From: Pseudobdellovibrionaceae bacterium | Lineage (GTDB): Bacteria > Bdellovibrionota > Bdellovibrionia > Bdellovibrionales > Bdellovibrionaceae | Direction of reading: 5' to 3' | Length of the DNA: 20,073 nt | NCBI GenBank assembly: GCA_041288045.1 | Contig: JBGGMM010000098.1 | Span: 1 to 20,073, forward strand | Shown: positions 1 through 7,164 of the stretch, in pieces | Position numbering within the stretch: position 1 is the stretch's first letter | Layout of the letters: the number at the start of each line of letters is the position of its first letter | Notes under the pieces: generated by a model | What the model was told of the DNA's origin: nothing | Seen by the model: only the letters and a program-made list of their open reading frames with translations | Databases searched by the model: none | Program-made: the position numbers and the translations under genes

Positions 1-659
1 AGTTCCCAAAGAACAATTCCAAGAGAGAAAATATCAGTTCGAGGATCGACCGATTGGGCATCGGCCTGCTCGGGGCTCATATAGCCGAATTTTCCTTTGA
101 TCGTTCCGGCCCGAGTCGCCTCGATTTGGCTTTCAGCTTGTTTGGCAATACCGAAATCGACAATTTTGACTTCGCCCTCGAAGCTGATCATAATATTTTG
201 CGGGCTCATATCTCGGTGGGTGATGTTCAGTGGCTTTCCTGTGGTTCCATCCAAACAGCGGTGAGCATGATCCAAACCTGCGGCAACTTCTTTGGCGACA
301 AAGACAATTTGATCGATAGAAAAATAGCGATTTTCTTTTTTCAGGTGATTGAGAACTTGTCGAAGGTTTTGTCCTTCAACGTATTCCATCACCAGAAAGA
401 ATTGCTTTTTTTCGACCCCAAAATCAAAAATTGAAACCACATTGCTGTGATTCAGATTGACGGCGATTTTCGCTTCTTCTTTGAACATTTCGATGAATTC
501 AGGGTGATCGGAGTATTGGGGAAGGATTCTTTTGATGGCGACGAATTTGTTAATCCCACTGGCACCAGCGGATTTCGCTAGATACACCTCGGCCATGCCG
601 CCAGCAGCCAGCTTCTCGAGCAGCATATACTTTCCGAAGGTTTCTAGAATCTGAGACAC
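1..659 (-). CDS. Hanks-type serine/threonine protein kinase, N-terminal catalytic domain (3' end runs off the window)
   Basis: Manual translation of the minus strand from GTG at 659 gives MSQILETFGKYMLLEKLAAGGMAEVYLAK...FVAIKRILP...FKEEAKI...LVMEYVEG...HRDMSPQNIMISFEGEVKIVDFGIAK...GKFGYMSPEQ...DIFSLGIVLWE. The Gly-rich loop, VAIK, HRD, DFG, SPE and DIFSLG motifs are all present. A GAGGA SD lies just upstream. The ORF track misses it because there is no stop inside the window. Confidence 0.96.
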   Translation of the reverse strand, partial: MSQILETFGKYMLLEKLAAGGMAEVYLAKSAGASGINKFVAIKRILPQYSDHPEFIEMFKEEAKIAVNLNHSNVVSIFDFGVEKKQFFLVMEYVEGQNLRQVLNHLKKENRYFSIDQIVFVAKEVAAGLDHAHRCLDGTTGKPLNITHRDMSPQNIMISFEGEVKIVDFGIAKQAESQIEATRAGTIKGKFGYMSPEQADAQSVDPRTDIFSLGIVLWE

Positions 660-685
660 CGAAATCCTCTTTTCCTTCTGAAGGG

Positions 686-713
686 TTATCGGTAAGATCA
701 AAAGACGCCTTAA
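686..713 (-). promoter_or_regulatory. Putative sigma28 (FliA) promoter of the kinase gene
   Basis: Minus strand reads TTAAG-N15-ACCGATAA, compared with the consensus TAAA-N15-GCCGATAA. It lies 26 nt upstream of the GTG. Confidence 0.55.
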
Positions 714-753
714 GATGAAAGAGGCGCCTTGGGACCAAGGTCGAGGCCAGAAA

Positions 754-1356
754 ATGAAATGGATTGGATTGACGGGTGGCATTGCCTCCGGCAAAAGCAG
801 TGTCAGTGAAATTTTGCGCAGTGACGGTTACCCTGTCGTCGATGCCGATGCCATTGCTCGCACGGTTGTTGAGCCCGGCAAACCTGGACTTTTGAAGGTG
901 GTCGAAGCTTTTGGACACGAAGTTCTGAAGCCTGATGGCAGCCTTGATCGAAAAAAATTGGGCCAGATGGTTTTTGCCAAACCTGACCAGTTGCTGAAGC
1001 TTGAAAAAATTCTGCACCCAATGATTCAACAAGAAACTGCTTATCAACGAAAAATCTTTGCAGATCAGGGGCATGCCTTTGCTTTTTATGACGTTCCTCT
1101 GCTTTTTGAAAAAAACCTGGAGAAGAGTTTTGACGCCATCATTGTTGTGACTTCTTCAGAGGATCTACAAAGGGCACGAATGAAAAAACGGGATTTGCTT
1201 TCCGAAGAAGAAATTTCTCATCGTTTAAAATCGCAAATTCCTTTGAGTCTCAAGGTGGGCAAAGCAACTTGGGTGCTCAAAAACGAAGGAACTCTGGCAG
1301 AGCTCAAACAAGCTGTGCGGGAATTGCTTGGCAAAATTCAATCGGGCAAAGCGTAA
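754..1356 (+). CDS. coaE: Dephospho-CoA kinase
   Basis: MKWIGLTGGIASGKS P-loop, DADAIAR, LDRKKLG, LEKILHP, DVPLLFE and RLKSQ motifs; 200 aa from ATG 754 with GAGG upstream. Confidence 0.96.
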   Translation: MKWIGLTGGIASGKSSVSEILRSDGYPVVDADAIARTVVEPGKPGLLKVVEAFGHEVLKPDGSLDRKKLGQMVFAKPDQLLKLEKILHPMIQQETAYQRKIFADQGHAFAFYDVPLLFEKNLEKSFDAIIVVTSSEDLQRARMKKRDLLSEEEISHRLKSQIPLSLKVGKATWVLKNEGTLAELKQAVRELLGKIQSGKA

Positions 1357-1979
1357 TAAAGAGTGGCAAAAATATGAGCACCGGGGTAACCAGCTCTTCC
1401 GCCCAATTCAAAATGCCAAAGTTTTCTGGATTCGAAGAAGCTTTCGAAACCAACACTGACCTGCGCGAAATATTTTTTGTAATCGATGAGATTTCCCAAT
1501 TGGTCTTCGGGATCGTAAAGTCCCGCCACGCCAATTTTATAAAAAGGATCGTAAGAAGCCGCGAAATTTGTGAAGCAGCAAAATTTTTTAAATCCCCAAT
1601 CCACTCCGATCAGACTTTCTGAAACTTTGGGCAGCAGAGAAAGGCCGAACTCCTGGGCGCTTTCATCTAAATTGTATTGAGTTCTTTGAATTGCGAAGAC
1701 AGGTAAGCTCAGATCTTCCTTGTCTTCATCTAACTTTCCGTTGGCAGTTCCTAGCCCAAAGTTGGTTGAACCATCGGAAACCTTTCGCTGAGTTCGGGCC
1801 TCAGGAGAAACAGGCAGTGGCTCTGTAGTTTGCAAAGAGTCCATTTCAAATTTTTTGGCCGGAATCTCTTCTGTCTTTTCTTTCAATGGAACTGGAGCTG
1901 GTCGAACAGATGTGTCGGGGGCGGCTCTTGCGGGAACCACGACTAAAGTCAAAAAAAAGAGAAGGAAAGCCAGACGCAT
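1338..1979 (-). CDS. Secreted hypothetical protein, probable small (~8-stranded) outer-membrane beta-barrel with Pro-rich N-terminal linker
   Basis: Sec signal peptide (MRLAFLLFFLTLVVVPARA), then a Pro/Glu/Lys-rich linker, then about 8 amphipathic strands (NFGLGTA, VFAIQRTQY, EFGLSL, IGVDWGFK, FYKIGVAGLY, YFAQVSVGF, WHFELGGRAG, HIFATLYY). Confidence 0.65.
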   Translation of the reverse strand: MRLAFLLFFLTLVVVPARAAPDTSVRPAPVPLKEKTEEIPAKKFEMDSLQTTEPLPVSPEARTQRKVSDGSTNFGLGTANGKLDEDKEDLSLPVFAIQRTQYNLDESAQEFGLSLLPKVSESLIGVDWGFKKFCCFTNFAASYDPFYKIGVAGLYDPEDQLGNLIDYKKYFAQVSVGFESFFESRKLWHFELGGRAGYPGAHIFATLYYALPD

Positions 1980-2028
1980 GAGAGAAATGATATCTCAATT
2001 TAGGTGTTTGAGAATAAAATTTTTTAAT

Positions 2029-3213
2029 ATGCCGAAATCAAATCTGCTCGTTGGTGCGCTTCTGAGTCTTTTCTTTTCGATTTCTTCGTTTGCTCAAGAG
2101 GGAATTCACACTTCGATTCATCATCATTACCAATCGAGCCGGGCCTTGGGGATGGGTGATGCCTTTGTTGCGACTGCCAATGATTATACGGCTCTGTTCT
2201 ACAATCCGGCGGGCTTGGCTCGCAGGGACACTGGACAAATCAACCTGTCCATTGAGCTCGGAGGCGGGGTTGACACTTATAAGTTTTATGAAGACATGAG
2301 TGAAGTCGAAAAAGCGGAATACGCCAATGATTCAGAAAAAATGCAGGCCTATTCAGAATTTTTGAATGAGTACTACGGAAAGCCTTTGAATTTTCGGGTT
2401 AAAGCTTTCGAAGCCATTTGGGCTCGTCCCGGTTGGGCCATTGGCTTTGTCCCGATGGATTTTAGCTTTGAAGGGCAGATTCACAATCAAGGGACCCCAG
2501 CTCTGGATGTTCGGGCTTTCGCCGATACCACTTTGGCTTATGGTTATGGCAGTGATATCAAGGGAGTGACATCCGGTCGTCTTTCTTGGGGGACAACCGC
2601 AAAATTTATCAATCGAGGATACATCAATCGTGAAGTCAATGCGGTGGACCTGGTTGCTGATCCAAAGACAGTGAAAAAAGAAGATGCCAGGGACGGTTAC
2701 ACTGTCGATTTTGACTTGGGTGCTTTGTATTCTCCAAAAATTCCGACGGAAGGAATTTTTTCAATCTTTCAATTGGCAAAGCCAACTTTTGGGGCCGTCG
2801 TTCGAAATATCATCGATTCTGGATTTAAGAACAGTTTTAAAATCATCAACAAAGATCAAACTGTGGAGCCACCAGAAAAACTCAATCGGGTTCTCGATGT
2901 TGGCGCTAAATTTGAGTATCCAGAAATTTGGATTTTTGGTGGCCGAGGAGAAGTCGATTTCCGAGATATCGGACATCCCAACTTTAACTGGCGACGAGCT
3001 TTTCATTTAGGCTTTGAATTTGACTGGACAGTGACCAGCTGGTGGAAAGGTCATTATCGATTCGGCGTCAACCAAGGTTATCCAACTTTGGGAGCTTCTG
3101 CGCTTCTGTTCTTCTTCAATTTGGATGTCGTGACCTACGGCGAAGACGTCGGTACCTACTACAACCCGAAAGAAAATCGGGTGTGGATGGCAAAACTCAA
3201 TTTGGATTTTTAA
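2029..3213 (+). CDS. Outer-membrane beta-barrel 1, FadL/PorV/TraF_2-like family
   Basis: Signal peptide ending SFA/Q, N-terminal plug motif RALGMGDAFVATANDYTALFYNPAGLA, amphipathic strands and terminal Phe (LNLDF). Start moved from 1855 to ATG 2029 because the signal peptide begins there and the overlap with the divergent gene disappears. Confidence 0.85.
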   Translation: MPKSNLLVGALLSLFFSISSFAQEGIHTSIHHHYQSSRALGMGDAFVATANDYTALFYNPAGLARRDTGQINLSIELGGGVDTYKFYEDMSEVEKAEYANDSEKMQAYSEFLNEYYGKPLNFRVKAFEAIWARPGWAIGFVPMDFSFEGQIHNQGTPALDVRAFADTTLAYGYGSDIKGVTSGRLSWGTTAKFINRGYINREVNAVDLVADPKTVKKEDARDGYTVDFDLGALYSPKIPTEGIFSIFQLAKPTFGAVVRNIIDSGFKNSFKIINKDQTVEPPEKLNRVLDVGAKFEYPEIWIFGGRGEVDFRDIGHPNFNWRRAFHLGFEFDWTVTSWWKGHYRFGVNQGYPTLGASALLFFFNLDVVTYGEDVGTYYNPKENRVWMAKLNLDF

Positions 3214-3217
3214 AGAT

Positions 3218-3934
3218 TTAGAATCCTGAGCAGCCTGGAGTTGTCGGAGCGCTGTAACAGAGCATGATCTGCTTTCCCAGTTCCGTGGGATTTTCTAAGC
3301 CACCTGGGATGTTCTCGAGAGCTGATTCAAATTGTTCACAATAGGCACCCATGGTCGATTGATCGTTTGTGCAATTGGTTTCATAAATGGCCGCAACAAC
3401 GGTTCCGACAGCTTCCTGGGCGACCGGATCATTGGCATTAGCAGCCATAAGCGCTTGGATTTCTGCTCCTGAAAGATCCGTGTCATTTGAAATTTTCGCA
3501 AAATAACTGGAGGTCTTGGCAAATCCTGAAAGAGTGATGAGTCCTTTAGAATTGGCAGTTGTGCAATAATTAAAGGCTTCATTGGCACTGTCAAAATTGA
3601 GCGACGTTGAGGATTCTGCTTTGAATGCAAGCCCGGCCATTAAAGAAGTGCTGCCATTGGTTCCAGTGTCTGAATCAATTGCGCTCATCACACTGGTGAG
3701 CTTGGCTGGGTCATTAAAGCCTTCTTTCACAAATTTTCCTGCACAGCGAATCAGGTAGGCACCTTCGGATTCAAGACCGTCGACTTTAGAAACGCATTCA
3801 TCTGCTTCAGAGGCTGTGGCCCGGTCCAAACAGGCTTGGGCATCGGCGATTTTGTCGACGTCTTTGGGACCTCCACAAGATGAAAGAAAGAGACTGCCAG
3901 CTGCGATCCATAATGAGAATAAATTTTGTTTCAT
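3218..3934 (-). CDS. Lipoprotein A: acidic, Cys-rich, predicted alpha-helical (TPR-like N-terminus)
   Basis: Lipobox LSSC (Cys20), 8 further Cys, helical residue pattern, AYLIRCAGKF motif; 238 aa. Confidence 0.85.
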   Translation of the reverse strand: MKQNLFSLWIAAGSLFLSSCGGPKDVDKIADAQACLDRATASEADECVSKVDGLESEGAYLIRCAGKFVKEGFNDPAKLTSVMSAIDSDTGTNGSTSLMAGLAFKAESSTSLNFDSANEAFNYCTTANSKGLITLSGFAKTSSYFAKISNDTDLSGAEIQALMAANANDPVAQEAVGTVVAAIYETNCTNDQSTMGAYCEQFESALENIPGGLENPTELGKQIMLCYSAPTTPGCSGF

Positions 3935-4036
3935 TCTTCTATTTTATAAGAGAACTCAGAGAGAGAAAATGAACTTTTGCTCGGGTCTTGGTCCAGTCTG
4001 TGGTGAGTTGAGCTAGCTAAAAGGCGAGTTTCTGAC

Positions 4037-4065
4037 TGGGACGTCTCAAGCTGAGAACGTCTCAA
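4037..4065. repeat. Operator-like array of GTCTCA/TGAGA half-sites
   Basis: ACGTCTCAA is repeated exactly at 4041-4049 and 4057-4065. There is an inverted TCTCA-agc-TGAGA at 4044-4056 and a near-palindrome TGGGAC|GTCTCA at 4037-4048. Confidence 0.5.
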
Positions 4066-4073
4066 TCCGATAA
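4046..4073 (+). promoter_or_regulatory. Putative sigma28 (FliA) promoter of the barrel2-lipoproteinB-barrel3 unit
   Basis: TCAAG-N15-TCCGATAA, the same spacing as the element at 686-713. It overlaps the ACGTCTCAA direct repeats. Confidence 0.5.
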
Positions 4074-4081
4074 AAAATGTG

Positions 4082-5149
4082 ATGAACAGGATGTTCTTAC
4101 TTTTTGTATCAATGATGAGCTCGGTTTCTTTCGCCCAAGAAGTGCGGGAGAACTATCTGGGCACTCGCGCTCTTGGAATGGGCGGAGCTTCGATTGCTGT
4201 CGTCAATGATGAGACGGCCCTTTTGATCAATCCCGCCGGTTTGGGAAAACTTCGGGATATTTATGGAACGATTTTTGACCCCGAAGTCGAGGGCAGCTCC
4301 AATCTGAAGAAAATGTATGACACCAAAGCCTTCACGGATCCTTTTGACCTTGAGCAGGTCAAAAACACCACCGACTATTCAAGAGACACTTATTATCATG
4401 CAAAAGCCCAAGTGTTTCCGTCTTTTGTCGTGCGAAATTTTGGAATCGGAATTCACGCCAAGCGCGTTCTCGATGCGCAAATGAATACGGCCGGGACTTC
4501 TCTTCAGACTTTCTATCAGGAAGACGTATCTTTGAATTTGGGTTTCAATCTTCGGCTTTTTGATGGCCGTATCAAGATGGGAGTGGTGGGAAAAGCCATT
4601 TCGAGGATTGAATTGAATGATGATCTTGATCCTGCAACCAGCTCCATGGACATCAAGGCCCTGGCCTCTGAAGGTTTTGGAATTGGCTATGATGCCGGAT
4701 TGATTCTGACTGCACCGATTGTCTGGCTGCCGACGATCACAGGAGTGATTCGGGATATTGGCGACACGGCTTTCACTGCTGGCAGTGGGCTTCGAATGGT
4801 CTCTGAAACCAGGCCCGAAACAGTGAAGCAGGACATCGATGTGGCATTCGCTGTTTTTCCGATTCACACCAATAAATCGCGCTCGCAATTCACGATTCAG
4901 TGGGACAAGCTGAAGGCCTCCAGCGAAGCCACCGATAGATCCCGTTTTTATCATGCGGGATATGAATTCAACTATGCCGACATCTTGTTCTTGAGAGCTG
5001 GAATGAATCAGAAATATTGGACTGGCGGTATTGAGCTAGCTGGAGAGCATACGCAGATTCAAATCGCCAGCTATGGCGAAGATGTAGGGGTCGATGGAAC
5101 TCCAGTTGAAGATCGCCGTTTTGTTTTTAAATTTGCATTTCGATTTTAG
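4082..5149 (+). CDS. Outer-membrane beta-barrel 2, FadL/PorV/TraF_2-like family
   Basis: Signal peptide ending SFA/Q, RALGMGGASIAVVNDETALLINPAGLG, YGEDVG near the C-terminus (shared with barrel 1) and terminal FAFRF. The start could be GTG 4079, ATG 4082 or ATG 4091. Confidence 0.87.
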   Translation: MNRMFLLFVSMMSSVSFAQEVRENYLGTRALGMGGASIAVVNDETALLINPAGLGKLRDIYGTIFDPEVEGSSNLKKMYDTKAFTDPFDLEQVKNTTDYSRDTYYHAKAQVFPSFVVRNFGIGIHAKRVLDAQMNTAGTSLQTFYQEDVSLNLGFNLRLFDGRIKMGVVGKAISRIELNDDLDPATSSMDIKALASEGFGIGYDAGLILTAPIVWLPTITGVIRDIGDTAFTAGSGLRMVSETRPETVKQDIDVAFAVFPIHTNKSRSQFTIQWDKLKASSEATDRSRFYHAGYEFNYADILFLRAGMNQKYWTGGIELAGEHTQIQIASYGEDVGVDGTPVEDRRFVFKFAFRF

Positions 5150-5159
5150 GAGTTGGTTT

Positions 5160-6020
5160 ATGACAATGAAAAAATGGATCACAATCGGAGCCTGGTTCCT
5201 GTGCTTTCCGTTTTTAGGCTGCTCCAACGTCTTTGAGGGAATGGCGGACACAACCAGCGATGAAGCGCTTCTGGAAGATGCGCGCAAGTTCATGAACGAT
5301 CAAGAGTGGGGCAGCGCAATTGAAAAATTCGAAGCTCTCTCGGATTCAAAGCAACAGGAAGAGGCCGTCATTCAGGACTGGGCGACAGCTTATGCTGGAA
5401 GATGCGGCTTGGAATTTATCGATTACTTTGTCAATTTAGGTTCGGCCGATCTCTCGAGCTCAACAATTTTCAATTACTTAATGAATGCTTGGACTGGGGA
5501 ATCCGTCAATCCTTCGGACTGTGCTCTCGCTCAAGCCAAAATGGAAGAAATCAGCATCGACCCCGCTGAGCGCACTTCCGAACAAAATCTTTTTATGGCT
5601 ATTCTTGGAATGGTCAAAGTCGGCGTTTATTTGCGTTCGAATCTTGATATCAATGGCAGCGACAATGCCGGAGATGGAACTGCCGAACTAAGTGCCTGCA
5701 CGGATACCAATAGTCCGGGCGTCGATCCACTGGATGATTCTGAATTGAATCAATTGATCACGGGTGTGGGTTTGATTTCTTCAAATCTGGATTATTTGAC
5801 GGAAGTTTTAGAGTCTGGAGATATCACGGATTCACTGACTGAATTTCGCGACACCTGCGACAGCATCGGGGCGCCTTGCGAGCTCACTGATGCCAGTGCT
5901 GTCACCGATGCCAATCGAGATGCCTTTCGAGATCTTTTAAATACAGGATCAGCCAATCCATCGGCTGGAGTGGGAGTCGGTAGCTGCGTCAACGCCGCAG
6001 TCAATCTATGCTGTCCATAA
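5160..6020 (+). CDS. Lipoprotein B: acidic, Cys-rich, TPR-like N-terminus
   Basis: AGGAG SD overlaps the barrel 2 stop. Lipobox FLGC (Cys21), TPR-like LLEDARKFMNDQEWGSAIEKFEAL, AYAGRCGLEF, 8 further Cys, ends in CCP. Confidence 0.85.
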   Translation: MTMKKWITIGAWFLCFPFLGCSNVFEGMADTTSDEALLEDARKFMNDQEWGSAIEKFEALSDSKQQEEAVIQDWATAYAGRCGLEFIDYFVNLGSADLSSSTIFNYLMNAWTGESVNPSDCALAQAKMEEISIDPAERTSEQNLFMAILGMVKVGVYLRSNLDINGSDNAGDGTAELSACTDTNSPGVDPLDDSELNQLITGVGLISSNLDYLTEVLESGDITDSLTEFRDTCDSIGAPCELTDASAVTDANRDAFRDLLNTGSANPSAGVGVGSCVNAAVNLCCP

Positions 6021-7147
6021 GATTTCTTTTTCTTTTTTTAGGTTTCTGGAGTTCTGCTGCCAATGCAGCTGAATTTTTTGAGCCATTTCAGACAGTCCGC
6101 CAGCTTGGCATGGGTGGAGTTTATGTCTTTAATAGCAACGATTCTCAGTCCTTTATGCAAAATCCCGCTTACACTTGTTTTACCAGTGGAATGAATTTCA
6201 ATATTTTCAACATTCAAGTCGGTGTTGGTGACATCCATGCTTATACGGATCTCACTGAGGCCACTGGTCAGCTGCCGACTCCGGAAAGCTTTGCGGATTT
6301 AGATCCTTTTTATGGAAAAAGTCTCGGCTTACAGGCGGGTGGATTCACATCTGTGACTCTTCCTTGTTTTGGCATGGCTGGATTTTATTCGGCCAATACT
6401 CACTTTGAATTGCAAAACCCAGCTTACCCAAAAATGGATACTTTCTATGTCACCGATTATGGAGTGCGGATTGGTGGTGGATTCAATCTATCGCCTTTCA
6501 TGGCAATTGGCCTTGATGTGAAGCGGGTCACACGTAAAGGTGGACCTTACACTTTCAGTGCGAGTGAGCTCACAGAGCTTGAGGGCGACGATGCCCTCTC
6601 CACTTTGGTTGAAAACAATCAAAATGAAGGTGTCGGTTACGGTCTGGATGCCGGATTGGTCACACGATTCGATATGCTTCCATTCAATCCGACGATCTCA
6701 ATGTCATGGCAGGACGTGGGTTCCATGTCATTTGTCAAAACAAAAGGTGAGGATGAGCCTGCTCGACAAAAAGACAATTTCGTTTTGGGAATGACAATTG
6801 ATGGCTCATTGCCTCTCCTGGGAATGGCGGCAGGCATCGAATATCGGCATATCACCGACACAGGTGAACAAATCGGAAAGAAGCTTCATATTGGAGGAGA
6901 ACTCAGCTTGGCCTTCCTGGATTTCAGAGCCGGACTCCATCAGGGATATCCCACCTATGGCGTGGGTTTGAATCTTTGGATTTTCCAATTGGATGCAGCT
7001 CTTTATTCTGTGGAGCGAGGTGTTTACCCCGGGCAAACTCCAGAGCAACGAGGACAAATTGGCTTGATGCTCGATCTTGAATTTGATCCCAACTTTCGAT
7101 TGGTTGACGCTGGTGGAAGAAAACGTCGATTGAAACAACGGCGCTAG
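6008..7147 (+). CDS. Outer-membrane beta-barrel 3, FadL/PorV/TraF_2-like family, with basic C-terminal tail
   Basis: Signal peptide ending ANA/A, RQLGMGG...MQNPA plug motif, and RAGLHQGYPTYG (compare RFGVNQGYPTLG in barrel 1). Overlaps the upstream stop by 13 nt and ends GGRKRRLKQRR. Confidence 0.85.
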   Translation: MLSIRFLFLFLGFWSSAANAAEFFEPFQTVRQLGMGGVYVFNSNDSQSFMQNPAYTCFTSGMNFNIFNIQVGVGDIHAYTDLTEATGQLPTPESFADLDPFYGKSLGLQAGGFTSVTLPCFGMAGFYSANTHFELQNPAYPKMDTFYVTDYGVRIGGGFNLSPFMAIGLDVKRVTRKGGPYTFSASELTELEGDDALSTLVENNQNEGVGYGLDAGLVTRFDMLPFNPTISMSWQDVGSMSFVKTKGEDEPARQKDNFVLGMTIDGSLPLLGMAAGIEYRHITDTGEQIGKKLHIGGELSLAFLDFRAGLHQGYPTYGVGLNLWIFQLDAALYSVERGVYPGQTPEQRGQIGLMLDLEFDPNFRLVDAGGRKRRLKQRR

Positions 7148-7158
7148 ACTCTTATACT
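7130..7158 (+). promoter_or_regulatory. Sigma70 promoter for a probably leaderless addB-addA transcript
   Basis: TTGAAA(7130-7135)-N17-TATACT(7153-7158), with each hexamer a 5/6 match to consensus. The ATG at 7165 is exactly 7 nt after the -10 and there is no SD. Confidence 0.7.
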
Positions 7159-7164
7159 TGAGCG

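Noticed and set aside
54..1074. ORFs 54-434 (+) and 550-1074 (-)
   Set aside because: These are antisense or off-frame shadows of the kinase and coaE, with no motifs of their own.
1855..2028. 58-aa N-terminal extension of barrel 1, including KKKRRKARR
   Set aside because: It is the antisense of the hydrophobic signal peptide of the divergent gene. The real signal peptide starts at 2029.
2015..2038. GCCGAAAT as a sigma28 -10 for barrel 1
   Set aside because: It lies inside the likely first codons, and the nearest TAAA is only 12 nt away.
3218..6020. Porin-cytochrome (Mtr-like) complex
   Set aside because: Neither Cys-rich lipoprotein contains a CxxCH haem motif.
2029..7147. Conjugation (TraF label) or type IX secretion interpretation of the barrels
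   Set aside because: No relaxase, VirB4, coupling protein, pilin or other T9SS components are in the window, and the flanks are housekeeping genes.
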